This document shows positions 19,338 through 27,728 of a stretch of 64,000 nucleotides of DNA, piece after piece. Both the position numbers and the translations under genes were made by a program. This stretch comes from Candidatus Beckwithbacteria bacterium GW2011_GWC1_49_16 (GTDB lineage Bacteria; Patescibacteriota; Microgenomatia; UBA1400; CG1-02-47-37). The DNA lies in the NCBI GenBank assembly GCA_001029675.1, contig CP011210.1, forward strand, positions 193 through 64,192, given 5' to 3'. The notes under the pieces are model-generated. The model was not told the DNA's origin. It saw only the letters and a program-made list of their open reading frames with translations, and ran no database searches. Numbering within the stretch: the stretch's first letter is position 1; the number at the start of each line of letters is the position of its first letter.

Positions 19338-19486
19338 AATATATCAATTCTTGATATCCTCCTTCCCTTCAATATTTTCTAAACTAACGTCTAATTGAAG
19401 TTTCTTGTTCCTGAACATGTTTACTAAGGAAAGCCAAGGGTTATAGAAATTTGCAAAAAAGGCAATAAAAGAGATAAAGTAAGTAA

Positions 19487-20125
19487 ATGAATAATAAACT
19501 GGCTATGGGCATCCTTTTTGCCGTGGTTATCATCGGCGGCGTGGGAGCGTGGTTTCTGTTGGGTAGCAAAGGCGAAGGACAGCCGGCGGCAATAAGCACA
19601 GGGTCGGGGGTTGATACGGCAGCCGAAGAGGGAATGGATGACTGCTTTATCCCCAAACAGGGTGAAGCAGAATGTGTTATTGATGCCACTGCCGTGGTGG
19701 TGGAACGAGTAGTAACCGGCGGCCGGTGCGAAGGCCTTCGGGCGACCATAACTTTTGATACTGAAATGACTTCGCTTGAGCCTCAACAGCAAGGTGAGGT
19801 AGTGATGCAGATACATCCGCGAGGGGAAACTAATGACGGTTCGGCAGACACCGGTGCAGGAGTGGGCCACTACTCCGGCGGCAGATGGCTTCCTTTTAGC
19901 TTTGGCCCGGGCGACTCCCAGCCCGCGGAGGGGACTTTTACAGCTGAAGTGGAAGGTAATACCGTGACCCTTGAATTGTACGAGTTTGCCGACGGCAGCT
20001 GTATCACGGATGACAGCCAAATGCGACTGAAGGCAGAAATGACCAATCCTGCGGGCGAGCGCGTCTATGACGTTATCGGCACCTCCGATCTGATGGAGTA
20101 TGCGCCGCCTTTGTCGTACAAGTAG
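19487..20125 (+). CDS. Hypothetical membrane-anchored extracellular protein
   Basis: N-terminal TM, acidic beta-rich domain with four Cys. Confidence 0.7.
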   Translation: MNNKLAMGILFAVVIIGGVGAWFLLGSKGEGQPAAISTGSGVDTAAEEGMDDCFIPKQGEAECVIDATAVVVERVVTGGRCEGLRATITFDTEMTSLEPQQQGEVVMQIHPRGETNDGSADTGAGVGHYSGGRWLPFSFGPGDSQPAEGTFTAEVEGNTVTLELYEFADGSCITDDSQMRLKAEMTNPAGERVYDVIGTSDLMEYAPPLSYK

Positions 20126-20147
20126 GAGAAGTCTCCAAACCATCCAA

Positions 20148-20531
20148 ATGGCTTTTGATTACACCGTCACCACCAAAAAATCGTTTGCTGAAGCGGTGGC
20201 GGAGGTTGAGAGGGAGACAGTCAGGGTAGGTTTTAAAGTTCTTTACGTCCACGACATCGCCTCTGCCCTGAAGGAGAAGGGATTTGAGCTTGAGCCATTT
20301 AAAATCATCGAGGTCTGCAGTGCCCAAAGCGCGAACAGAGTCCTTAAAGCGGACATCAAAATGGGTTTATGCCTGCCTTGTAAGATCAACGTCTACCAAA
20401 AGGGCGGGCAAACGTTTATCTCCGGGATGCGGCCGATTCTTTTGTCTCAACTTTTCCCCCAGGCAGATCTAGGCAGTTTTCCCGCAGAAGTCGACGGCAT
20501 TGTCAGGAAGATTATAGACAGGAGTAAGTAG
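20148..20531 (+). CDS. DUF302 family protein
   Basis: GFKVLYVHD, IIEVC, GLCLPCKINVY; start MAFDY. Confidence 0.88.
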   Translation: MAFDYTVTTKKSFAEAVAEVERETVRVGFKVLYVHDIASALKEKGFELEPFKIIEVCSAQSANRVLKADIKMGLCLPCKINVYQKGGQTFISGMRPILLSQLFPQADLGSFPAEVDGIVRKIIDRSK

Positions 20532-20532
20532 G

Positions 20533-20937
20533 ATGGATGAGGGTCAGGATTTAAGACGACTTTATCAAAGCATCAAAACCATTGCCGTGGTGGGGTTGTC
20601 GGACAATGAGGCGCGGCCGTCTTTTGAAGTAGCCAGTTACCTAAAAAACCAGGGTTATAAAATCATTCCGGTCAATCCGATGATTGAGAGTTGGATGGGC
20701 GAGAAAAGTTATTCGTCGCTTGAAGACATTGCCGAGCGGGTTGATGTGGTTGATATCTTTAGAAAACCGGAGTTTGTAGGTGAAATTATGGACCAAGCGA
20801 TTAAAATCGACGCCAAAGTGGTCTGGATGCAAGAGGGAATAGTGAACGAAAAAGCGGCTCAAAAAGGCCGGGATGCAGGGCTAACGGTGGTGATGGACCG
20901 GTGCCTGATGAAAGAGCACAAAAAGCTATTTAAGTGA
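20533..20937 (+). CDS. CoA-binding protein (YccU-like)
   Basis: IAVVGLS...RPS, IIPVNP, VDVVDIFR, VWMQEG, MDRC. Confidence 0.92.
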   Translation: MDEGQDLRRLYQSIKTIAVVGLSDNEARPSFEVASYLKNQGYKIIPVNPMIESWMGEKSYSSLEDIAERVDVVDIFRKPEFVGEIMDQAIKIDAKVVWMQEGIVNEKAAQKGRDAGLTVVMDRCLMKEHKKLFK

Positions 20938-20938
20938 A

Positions 20939-20985
20939 GTGGCGCGATTAGTGGCGCGAATGTGGCGCGAATGGCGGTGTGGCGT
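20939..20985. repeat. Short tandem GTGGCGCGA repeats
   Basis: GTGGCGCGATTA GTGGCGCGAAT GTGGCGCGAAT GGCGGT GTGGCG; GGCGCGATTAG recurs at 24052. Confidence 0.7.
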
Positions 20986-21034
20986 TAGGGAGAGAGGTAA
21001 AAGTAGTTTGGACAAAGGTGATATCATACCTCAA

Positions 21035-22813
21035 ATGAACAAAGAGTTTGGGGAGATAGTCAGGGGTTTTAAAAGAACCGTTGGGTTGATGGAGAGGTCA
21101 GAAAAGGCGATGCTAGCTTTGGCCTCTTTTTTGATGCTGGCCACCGGTGTTTTGACCAACTTGCCGGCGGTGATACTGGGGCGGTTGGTAGATAATCTCA
21201 TCGGTCTTAAAGACATTCAGTTCAGCCAAGCGACTCCTTTTATCGGCCTGATCGTGGTTATCATCCTTTTGCGGGAGATTTTGACGGTAATAAGAAAGTA
21301 TTTGGTAGAAAACATTGCCACCCAAACAGAAAAGAAGCAGACCGTAGCGGTGATTGAACGCTTGTTGAAAACGGATATTGCAGTAGTCAACAGAAAACAG
21401 ATTGGTTCGCTTCACGGCAGGATATTTCGCTCTATTCAAGGCATGGTCAGGGTGATCAAGCTGGGTTTTTTGGATTTTTTCCCGGTGTTTTTCAGCGCTT
21501 TGGCGGCCGTGGCCATAGCCGTGTCCCAAAAGCCGCTACTGGCCTCGGTGATGATTCTGGTCATTCCCACGGGCGTGCTTCTTATCGTCAAACAAGTTGC
21601 TTCGCAAAAGGGAATTAGGGTGGCTCTGCTTCGGGGCAAAGAGAAAATAGACGGGGCGGTAATCGAAATGTTGGGGGGACTGGAGACGGTTAGGGTGGCT
21701 AACACCACCGCCAATGAGGTGGAAAAGGTGGAAACCGTTGCCGAGGATTTAAGGCGCCAGGAGATTAAACACCATATTTATATGGCTCTTTTTGATTCCG
21801 GTAAATACTTAAACGAGGGCTTTTTCTATATTTTGGTAGTCAGTCTATCCATTCTGTTTTCAGCCCAAGGGGTGATTAGCCGGGGTGACATTTTGGTGTA
21901 CTCAATACTATTTTTAAGCATTACCGGGCCTTTAAGAGAAATTCACCGGATTCTGGATGAGGCTCACGAGAGCTCTATCAGGGTGAATGATTTATATGAG
22001 CTGCTAGAACAGCCTTTAGATGAATCATTTATGACCGCGTCTTCTGGGAAAAGATTGAAGAAAATTAAAAAAGCAGTGGTTAAAGCGGACAATTTGTCTT
22101 TTGGCTACCCGGAAAGAACCACTATGGCTCTGAAGGGCATTAACCTTGCCATTGCAAAAGGGGAAAAAGTGGGGATTGCCGGAGCTTCTGGTTGTGGTAA
22201 ATCCACTTTCATTAAAATACTTTTGCGGCTGATGCACGACTACTCGGGAAAAGTAACCTTGTTTGGCAAAGATTTAAAAAGTATTACCAGGGAAGAGATA
22301 GCCGGAAAAATTGCTTACGTGCCGCAAAAAACCTACATTTTTTCTGGCACCATCAAAGACAATATTATTTATGGTTGTTTGAGAAAAAGAATCTCTAACA
22401 GAGAAATTGTTAGGGCAGCCAAAAAGGCACATATTTACGAGGAAATAGTCGGCTTTCTGGGTGGTTTTGACGGCGTGGTGACGGAAAACGGCAACAACCT
22501 AAGCGGCGGCCAAAAACAAAGGCTGGCTTTAGCCAGGCTGATCTTAAAATCTCCGGAGCTATTTATCTTTGACGAGGCCACTTCGGCGCTGGATAACACT
22601 AATGAAATTTTAATTCAGAGAAACATGGAAAAGCTGTTTAAAGACAAAACTATGATTACCATTGCCCACAGACTAACCACGCTTAAAAACAGCGACAGGA
22701 TTTTGGTTTTTGATAAGGGCAAGATTGTGCAGGAAGGAAAGTATGGAGAACTAGCTAAAAAGGCAGGTTTGTTTAGAGACTTTCTGAAACAAAAAGAGAA
22801 AGAGGGGGTATGA
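21035..22813 (+). CDS. ABC exporter, fused permease and ATPase
   Basis: TM domain, GASGCGKST, LSGGQKQR, IFDEATSALD, IAHRL; start MNKEF. Confidence 0.93.
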   Translation: MNKEFGEIVRGFKRTVGLMERSEKAMLALASFLMLATGVLTNLPAVILGRLVDNLIGLKDIQFSQATPFIGLIVVIILLREILTVIRKYLVENIATQTEKKQTVAVIERLLKTDIAVVNRKQIGSLHGRIFRSIQGMVRVIKLGFLDFFPVFFSALAAVAIAVSQKPLLASVMILVIPTGVLLIVKQVASQKGIRVALLRGKEKIDGAVIEMLGGLETVRVANTTANEVEKVETVAEDLRRQEIKHHIYMALFDSGKYLNEGFFYILVVSLSILFSAQGVISRGDILVYSILFLSITGPLREIHRILDEAHESSIRVNDLYELLEQPLDESFMTASSGKRLKKIKKAVVKADNLSFGYPERTTMALKGINLAIAKGEKVGIAGASGCGKSTFIKILLRLMHDYSGKVTLFGKDLKSITREEIAGKIAYVPQKTYIFSGTIKDNIIYGCLRKRISNREIVRAAKKAHIYEEIVGFLGGFDGVVTENGNNLSGGQKQRLALARLILKSPELFIFDEATSALDNTNEILIQRNMEKLFKDKTMITIAHRLTTLKNSDRILVFDKGKIVQEGKYGELAKKAGLFRDFLKQKEKEGV

Positions 22814-22827
22814 TGATATCTTCTTTT

Positions 22828-23218
22828 ATGAAAAGTAAAAAAATCTTAGTCTTGTTGGTGCTATTGTTTGTGGCGCTGTTGGGCTTGATAGATTTTGTTA
22901 ATCAGAAGTCAATTGCCAGTCGCCAGGCAGAAATCCGCGCGACGGGAGCCAGGGTAATGCCGTTTGATTTAAGCAAAACTACCTATATATTTGACAGGAC
23001 GGATACGGGTGGAGTGCAACAAGTGAAGGTAAAAAAGCATGCCCGGTCTGTCTGTGCTTGAGAAAGCTCAAGGGAAATTTACCGTCGAATATTCTGATTT
23101 ATCCGATGGAGGGCAAATTGTTTACACGACAGGCGAAAGCGATGTTTTAGAAGCCTTTCACTTGTGGTTTATGGCCCAGCTTCAGGATCACGGATCAGAC
23201 GCGATGGAACATAGGTGA
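22828..23218 (+). pseudogene. Frameshifted, internally deleted secreted-protein gene
   Basis: Frame 1 ...RQAEIRATGARVMPFDLSKTTYIF...GGVQQVKVK; second frame from 23039 MPGLSVLE...GGQIVY...FHLWFMAQLQDHG; both halves match one family I recognise. Confidence 0.75.
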
Positions 23219-23341
23219 TAGAGTTCAACTCTGGTATAATATTTTCATATGGCTAACATGGCCTCTCTAAAATTTTTCTTTTTCCAAAGAGATTTGGGGA
23301 GGTTGTTAGTGGCTATATAGTCAACTAGATAAAATACATTT

Positions 23342-23367
23342 AAACCTCCCCGCAGGGAGGTTTTTTT
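23342..23367 (+). terminator. Intrinsic terminator
   Basis: AAACCTCCC-CGCA-GGGAGGTTT followed by a T run. Confidence 0.85.
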
Positions 23368-23392
23368 GTGGTCTAGAAAAGAGGTTGTAAGT

Positions 23393-24040
23393 ATGAGTGA
23401 GAGATTGAGACATGAGAGTTCGAGAGTAGCCAACGCCAGCGACGGCTGGATTACTCCGGCTGGAGTTTTTTACGGTTGCGAGTCAGATGAGCATGATGAG
23501 CTGGCAAGGTTTTTGTGGGAGAGTCAGAGGGAGAAGATCCTGGCTGGTATTACAGAAGATATAGATAACTTAAATCCGAGGATAATCTTGAAACAAGCCG
23601 GTTATGCTTTGTTGTCGCGGGGTCTGTTAGCCGAAGAAAATTTGCCCGACCGTCTGTCGGCCAAACAGTTGGTGTTTATATCTGAGAACAGATTGCTTTT
23701 GGTGCCCGGAAGCAGTCGATGGAACTCATTTAGCCTCAATGTCGTTAGCTTTAGGGAAGGCAAGGCAATATTTGATGCTTTAACCCAGGGGGATAGAGAT
23801 GAAATTGTTTTACATAAATCGTCGGGAGATATGATTTTGTGGAGGCAATTGATGTTGCCTTCTGGTGAGGAAAAGTTTGTGCAATATCACCTTCATATCC
23901 ACCAGGGAGTTTTTAGTTCCAGGGAAAAGAAGGCGAGCTTTTCCTTAGTAACAAAAGCTGAGGTTAAAAGTTTTATTGATGAGATCAAGAAGTGGACAAA
24001 AGACTTTCGGCTTCAAGGCGAAGGGTTGCTGGAAGGTTAA
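23393..24040 (+). CDS. Hypothetical protein
   Basis: Start MSERL downstream of the terminator with GAGG upstream; GWITPAGVFYGC...H motif. Confidence 0.7.
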   Translation: MSERLRHESSRVANASDGWITPAGVFYGCESDEHDELARFLWESQREKILAGITEDIDNLNPRIILKQAGYALLSRGLLAEENLPDRLSAKQLVFISENRLLLVPGSSRWNSFSLNVVSFREGKAIFDALTQGDRDEIVLHKSSGDMILWRQLMLPSGEEKFVQYHLHIHQGVFSSREKKASFSLVTKAEVKSFIDEIKKWTKDFRLQGEGLLEG

Positions 24041-24088
24041 AGTCACCAAGCGGCGCGATTAGGAGAGCTAATTTGATAGAATAGAGCA

Positions 24089-24394
24089 ATGACTAAAAAC
24101 CCACTAGTGAATGCGTTGGCGGCGATCCTTTACATTGCGGCTGTGGCCTCGGTGATGTTTTATGGGGGAAAGTTTTCCGGACCGGTGAATTCGGTGATCG
24201 CGCCGATGGCGGTGGTATCACTTTTTACCTTGTCGGCAGCGGTAATGGGCTACGTATTATTGTACCAGCCGTTTCAGCTTTACTTTGACGGCAAAAAGAA
24301 GCTAGCGATAGGGCTTTTTTTCAAGACTTTGGCAATTTTTGCGGCAGTAACAATTTTAACTTTTGTGTGGATCTTTGCCAGGGACTGGAGTTAG
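24089..24394 (+). CDS. Three-TM membrane protein
   Basis: Hydrophobic, LFTLSAAVMG...P; TAGAAT 6 nt before the ATG. Confidence 0.8.
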   Translation: MTKNPLVNALAAILYIAAVASVMFYGGKFSGPVNSVIAPMAVVSLFTLSAAVMGYVLLYQPFQLYFDGKKKLAIGLFFKTLAIFAAVTILTFVWIFARDWS

Positions 24395-24409
24395 CCTTGG
24401 CAGGAAGAC

Positions 24410-24616
24410 ATGGACAAAATAAAAACAGAAGCCATCCTAACCTGTCCCAAGTGTGGCAAGCCTCAAGAAGTAGAAATGCCCATTGATGCCTGTCAGTTTT
24501 TTTACAAATGCGTTCATTGTGGGGAGATGCTCAAACCCAAAAAGGGAGATTGTTGCGTTTTCTGCTCGTACGCTGATAGCAAATGCCCGTCCAAACAAAT
24601 AGAAGCCAAAGCCTAG
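24410..24616 (+). CDS. GDCCVxC-family small Cys-rich (metal-binding) protein
   Basis: TCPKCG, MPIDACQFFYKC..C, LKPKKGDCCVFCSY. Confidence 0.92.
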   Translation: MDKIKTEAILTCPKCGKPQEVEMPIDACQFFYKCVHCGEMLKPKKGDCCVFCSYADSKCPSKQIEAKA

Positions 24617-24631
24617 TTAGTTAGTGTCTTT

Positions 24632-24910
24632 TTACTCTTGGTGTTGTTTGACCGTTTCTTCCATGCCTTCCAGGGAGAGTTTATCAAGGGCGGTGGCGGT
24701 GGCGTTTTGTCTTAGTTGAGGCGGAACGACTATAAGGGCTTCTTCTTTGCTGTCAAGCTCGATAATAAACCAGGCTTTGTGGACGTTGTCTTTGCAACCC
24801 CAGTCGGCGTTAACTAAAAAGTGCGAGCCGGTGGCTTTGAAAATGGCCACGGTTCGGTCACAGGCAGCTTGATTATTTTCGTGGTTGACTTCGATTAAGA
24901 ATCTAGCCAT
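24632..24910 (-). CDS. Conserved small hypothetical protein
   Basis: RFLIEV.H...C...GSHFL..ADWGCKD..HKAW...VPP. Confidence 0.75.
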   Translation of the reverse strand: MARFLIEVNHENNQAACDRTVAIFKATGSHFLVNADWGCKDNVHKAWFIIELDSKEEALIVVPPQLRQNATATALDKLSLEGMEETVKQHQE

Positions 24911-24918
24911 TGTTGCCT

Positions 24919-25389
24919 TTAGCCTTGATAGGTGGCGACGAGGTTGCCGTCTTGGTCGCGGGCTTCAAGGTGGTCCCAGTCAATGTCCGGGTCGGGGCCG
25001 TCGATACTACAGGCGTTGGCGTCGGCACAGTTTGACTGATTGTCTTCAATAACTGCCTGCCAAACCTTTTGGCCGTTTCTGGTGGCAGTCAGGGTAACCG
25101 GCCTGGAGTTTTGAACTCCGGGAGCGCGAACGATGATGTGGGCTTTCTCTCCAAAGGGAAAAGCATCAAGCGGAGTGTAGTTTGGGGGCTTGATGAATTC
25201 AAAATCGCCTAGGGGAGTTTCGTCGGCTTGCCCCACTTCGCGCGAGGCTTCAAGGGGTGAAGTTTGGTCTGTCCCCGAGCGGAGGGAAAAGTTGGCCTTG
25301 GGAGCAAATAACAAATAGAGAATGATGGCCAGAACGATTAGAAACAGGAGAATAATGGCCAGAGCGGGGGATTTGGTTTTGGTAGCCAT
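24919..25389 (-). CDS. Hypothetical membrane-anchored protein
   Basis: N-terminal TM, Cys pair; sigma70-type promoter upstream. Confidence 0.7.
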   Translation of the reverse strand: MATKTKSPALAIILLFLIVLAIILYLLFAPKANFSLRSGTDQTSPLEASREVGQADETPLGDFEFIKPPNYTPLDAFPFGEKAHIIVRAPGVQNSRPVTLTATRNGQKVWQAVIEDNQSNCADANACSIDGPDPDIDWDHLEARDQDGNLVATYQG

Positions 25390-25398
25390 CTAACTAAA

Positions 25399-25427
25399 AT
25401 GCTACCGAATCGGTAGCATATTGTCAA
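25399..25427 (-). promoter_or_regulatory. Sigma70 promoter overlapped by a perfect palindrome
   Basis: TTGACA-17-TAGCAT on the minus strand; ATGCTACCGA-A-TCGGTAGCAT at 25399-25419. Confidence 0.7.
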
Positions 25428-25443
25428 GATTTAAAAGAAGAGC

Positions 25444-25474
25444 GTAAGGAATTTGGGGTTTGGCCGTCTTATAG
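25444..25474 (+). promoter_or_regulatory. Putative ECF sigma promoter, copy 1
   Basis: GTAAG-N16-CGTCTTATAG upstream of the YggT gene. Confidence 0.7.
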
Positions 25475-25485
25475 GTAGAGGATAT

Positions 25486-25827
25486 ATGAAGCAGGTCATA
25501 CCCCAAAAGACGGTTCAGATGATCAACTACGCAGTGGGGGGAATTAACTTCTTCTTGCTCTTAAGGTTGTTGTTTAAGGCCTTTGGGGCCAATACTTTTT
25601 CTCCGATTGTGTCGGTGACTTATTCTTTGTCTGACGCTTTGCTGATACCTTTCCGGGGTATTTTTGATCCGGCGGTTTCGGGGCAGTCGGTGATCGAGCC
25701 GTCGATCCTGGTGGCGATGCTGATTTACTCGGTTTTGGCCAGGGCGGCGGTAGAGCTGATGGCGATTATGGCTGACGGAGAAGAAAACGAGGCTAAGGAG
25801 GTCGACTATGAAATGGGGTTTGAGTAG
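25486..25827 (+). CDS. YggT family membrane protein
   Basis: LLLRLLFKAFGAN...YSLSDALLIPFRGIF...LVAMLIY. Confidence 0.85.
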   Translation: MKQVIPQKTVQMINYAVGGINFFLLLRLLFKAFGANTFSPIVSVTYSLSDALLIPFRGIFDPAVSGQSVIEPSILVAMLIYSVLARAAVELMAIMADGEENEAKEVDYEMGFE

Positions 25828-26227
25828 AATCAATCCTATCTGGTGGCTGGCGGCGGCGGCAGTTTTGGTGGCAGCGGCTTTGGTGATCAGAAATTGGGGA
25901 GAAATGAGCCAGGCTGGTCGTGGAGAAGAAATAGCCCTGGCGGTGCCCCAACAAACTCTGGAAGGTTTCTACCAAGACGCTGCGGTAAAAATCGAGGCGG
26001 CGGCGAGTAAAATGAAAGATTTGTCGAGTGCGGCCGAGGTGGAGCTAGCCTTGATGCGCCTGAGATCCGATTTGTGGTTTAACTATGGGAGCCTGGGGGG
26101 AGAGGTGGGCGCCGCCTGGCAAAACCTGGATAGCCGGTTGGGGGCGATTGAGGCTCAAGCCAGTTTGGGCGCCAGCCAGACGGTAGAGTCCTTAAAATTC
26201 CTCTTGGTGTCGGGGGCAGGATTTTGA
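25808..26227 (+). CDS. Hypothetical membrane-anchored helical protein
   Basis: N-terminal TM; overlaps the YggT stop. Confidence 0.65.
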   Translation: MKWGLSRINPIWWLAAAAVLVAAALVIRNWGEMSQAGRGEEIALAVPQQTLEGFYQDAAVKIEAAASKMKDLSSAAEVELALMRLRSDLWFNYGSLGGEVGAAWQNLDSRLGAIEAQASLGASQTVESLKFLLVSGAGF

Positions 26228-26231
26228 GAGT

Positions 26232-26262
26232 GTAAGAAAAAGGCCGGGATAGCGTCTTATAG
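26232..26262 (+). promoter_or_regulatory. Putative ECF sigma promoter, copy 2
   Basis: GTAAG-N16-CGTCTTATAG about 190 nt upstream of the ECF sigma gene. Confidence 0.7.
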
Positions 26263-26455
26263 ATGATGGAATATTTAAACGACACCTGGAAACTGAAAGT
26301 ACAACTTGAATGCCTGAAATATGTTAAACATGCTTTTTAGCGCCATCAGCGAAACGATCAGCGACATTATCAAGTTAATTTCAATGGATCCCGAGGGAAA
26401 AAACCATGGACAGGGAAAGCGGCCAAGATCAGTTTAATATATACTGGGAGACTCG

Positions 26456-26974
26456 ATGGATAAAAAATCCTTTGCCCGAGCTTACCAGAAGTACGCCGAA
26501 GCCATCTTTCGACACTGCTACTTTAGGGTTTATGAAAGAAGCGATGCCCGAGATATTACCCAGGACACATTCGTTCGAGCATGGGAATACTTATCAAATG
26601 GGCAGGAGATTGATAATATGAGAGCATTTTTATACAAGGTAGCCGGCAACCTGGTGGTGGATTATTACCGGAAGAAGAAAGAGGTGTCTTTGGACCACTT
26701 GCGCGAGAAGGGCTTTGAGCCGGAAGGCGATTCGGGCAATGGCTATGAAACTAGACTAGATGCCAAGACGATTAGGCGGCTGCTAACCAAGCTTGACGAC
26801 GGCTACCGGGAAGTAATCGTTTTGCGGTACATCGACGGCTACAAGCCGAAAGAGATGGCGGAGATTATGGGCGTTGAAGCCAACACGGTGTCGGTTAGGC
26901 TCCACAGGGCAGCTAAAGAATTTAAAAAAATTTTAAGGAGGAACGGTTTTAACCATGAATATGGACAGATTTGA
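26456..26974 (+). CDS. ECF RNA polymerase sigma factor
   Basis: DARDITQDTFVRAW, AFLYKVAGNLVVDYYRK, YREVIVLRY..G...EMAEIMG...TVSVRLHRA. Confidence 0.93.
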   Translation: MDKKSFARAYQKYAEAIFRHCYFRVYERSDARDITQDTFVRAWEYLSNGQEIDNMRAFLYKVAGNLVVDYYRKKKEVSLDHLREKGFEPEGDSGNGYETRLDAKTIRRLLTKLDDGYREVIVLRYIDGYKPKEMAEIMGVEANTVSVRLHRAAKEFKKILRRNGFNHEYGQI

Positions 26975-27728
26975 TCAGGATTTAAACCAAATATTGGCCA
27001 AGGGTCGTGAAGTAAACTTAGGCTTTTGGGAAAAACAAGCGATGGGCTTTAGCATCATGGGGAAGATTTTCGGGAGTCTGACGGCGGGACTTCTATTGGT
27101 GCCGAAAAAGGCGGTGGCACTCGCCGGGCTGAGCTTACTCGCAATCGGGGGCGGGAGTGTTTGGGCCGCCGAGCAGGCTTTGCCCGGCGATGCGCTTTAT
27201 GGTTTGAAGGTAGCGGCACATAACGGGGTGGGGGTAGTGGTTCAAGTAGCGCCGGAAGCAAAGGCCAACTGGGCGATCAAAGAAATCGACAGAACGATGA
27301 GAGAGATAGAGAAGTTTGAAGAAGAAGGCGGCCAGGTGGATGTTGAACTGGAAGCGCAGACTAATACCATAATTGAAACTCAGCTTGATAATTTTTATGA
27401 AGCCAAAGCCAAAGTAGTAGCCAAAAAGGGGGCCAAAGCGGGAGAAAAGCTGGAAACCAGGCTAGGCAGCCGGGTGAGAAACTTAGCCCGTTGGCTTGAC
27501 GGCGAGGCGATGGTAGGCGGGGGAGCCGAAGGCAAGATCGAGGCAGAAACCGAGGCGGAGGTCAAAGGTGAGGCGGTTGAGGGAGACGCAGAAGGCAAGA
27601 CAGAGATAGAAACCCAGGCAGAGGCAGAAGGGGAGGCAGAAAAAGACGAGGCAGAAGCGGCAGAGGCGAGGGGCAAAAGCGGGGTGCGTTTCGAACTGCC
27701 GAAGATCAAGCTCGATTTTAGTTTTTGA
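26955..27728 (+). CDS. DUF5667-domain protein, putative anti-sigma factor, with acidic low-complexity tail
   Basis: TM followed by AAEQALPGDALYGLK; overlaps the ECF sigma gene. Confidence 0.75.
   Translation: MNMDRFDQDLNQILAKGREVNLGFWEKQAMGFSIMGKIFGSLTAGLLLVPKKAVALAGLSLLAIGGGSVWAAEQALPGDALYGLKVAAHNGVGVVVQVAPEAKANWAIKEIDRTMREIEKFEEEGGQVDVELEAQTNTIIETQLDNFYEAKAKVVAKKGAKAGEKLETRLGSRVRNLARWLDGEAMVGGGAEGKIEAETEAEVKGEAVEGDAEGKTEIETQAEAEGEAEKDEAEAAEARGKSGVRFELPKIKLDFSF

Noticed and set aside
19424-20143. 239-aa minus-strand ORF and the many other antisense ORFs (e.g. 56940-57626, 58590-59267)
   Set aside because: Antisense to better-supported genes; no motifs recognised
20939-20985. Possible CRISPR array
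   Set aside because: Units are 11-12 nt with no unique spacers, and no cas genes are present
24410-24616. Selenoprotein in the GDCCVxC family
   Set aside because: No in-frame TGA; all positions are Cys codons
17390-24620. Integron cassette array
   Set aside because: No convincing attC sites or integrase found; the genes have their own promoters
27525-27670. Repeats in the DUF5667 protein tail (AEGKxExETxAE twice)
   Set aside because: Ordinary acidic low-complexity coding sequence
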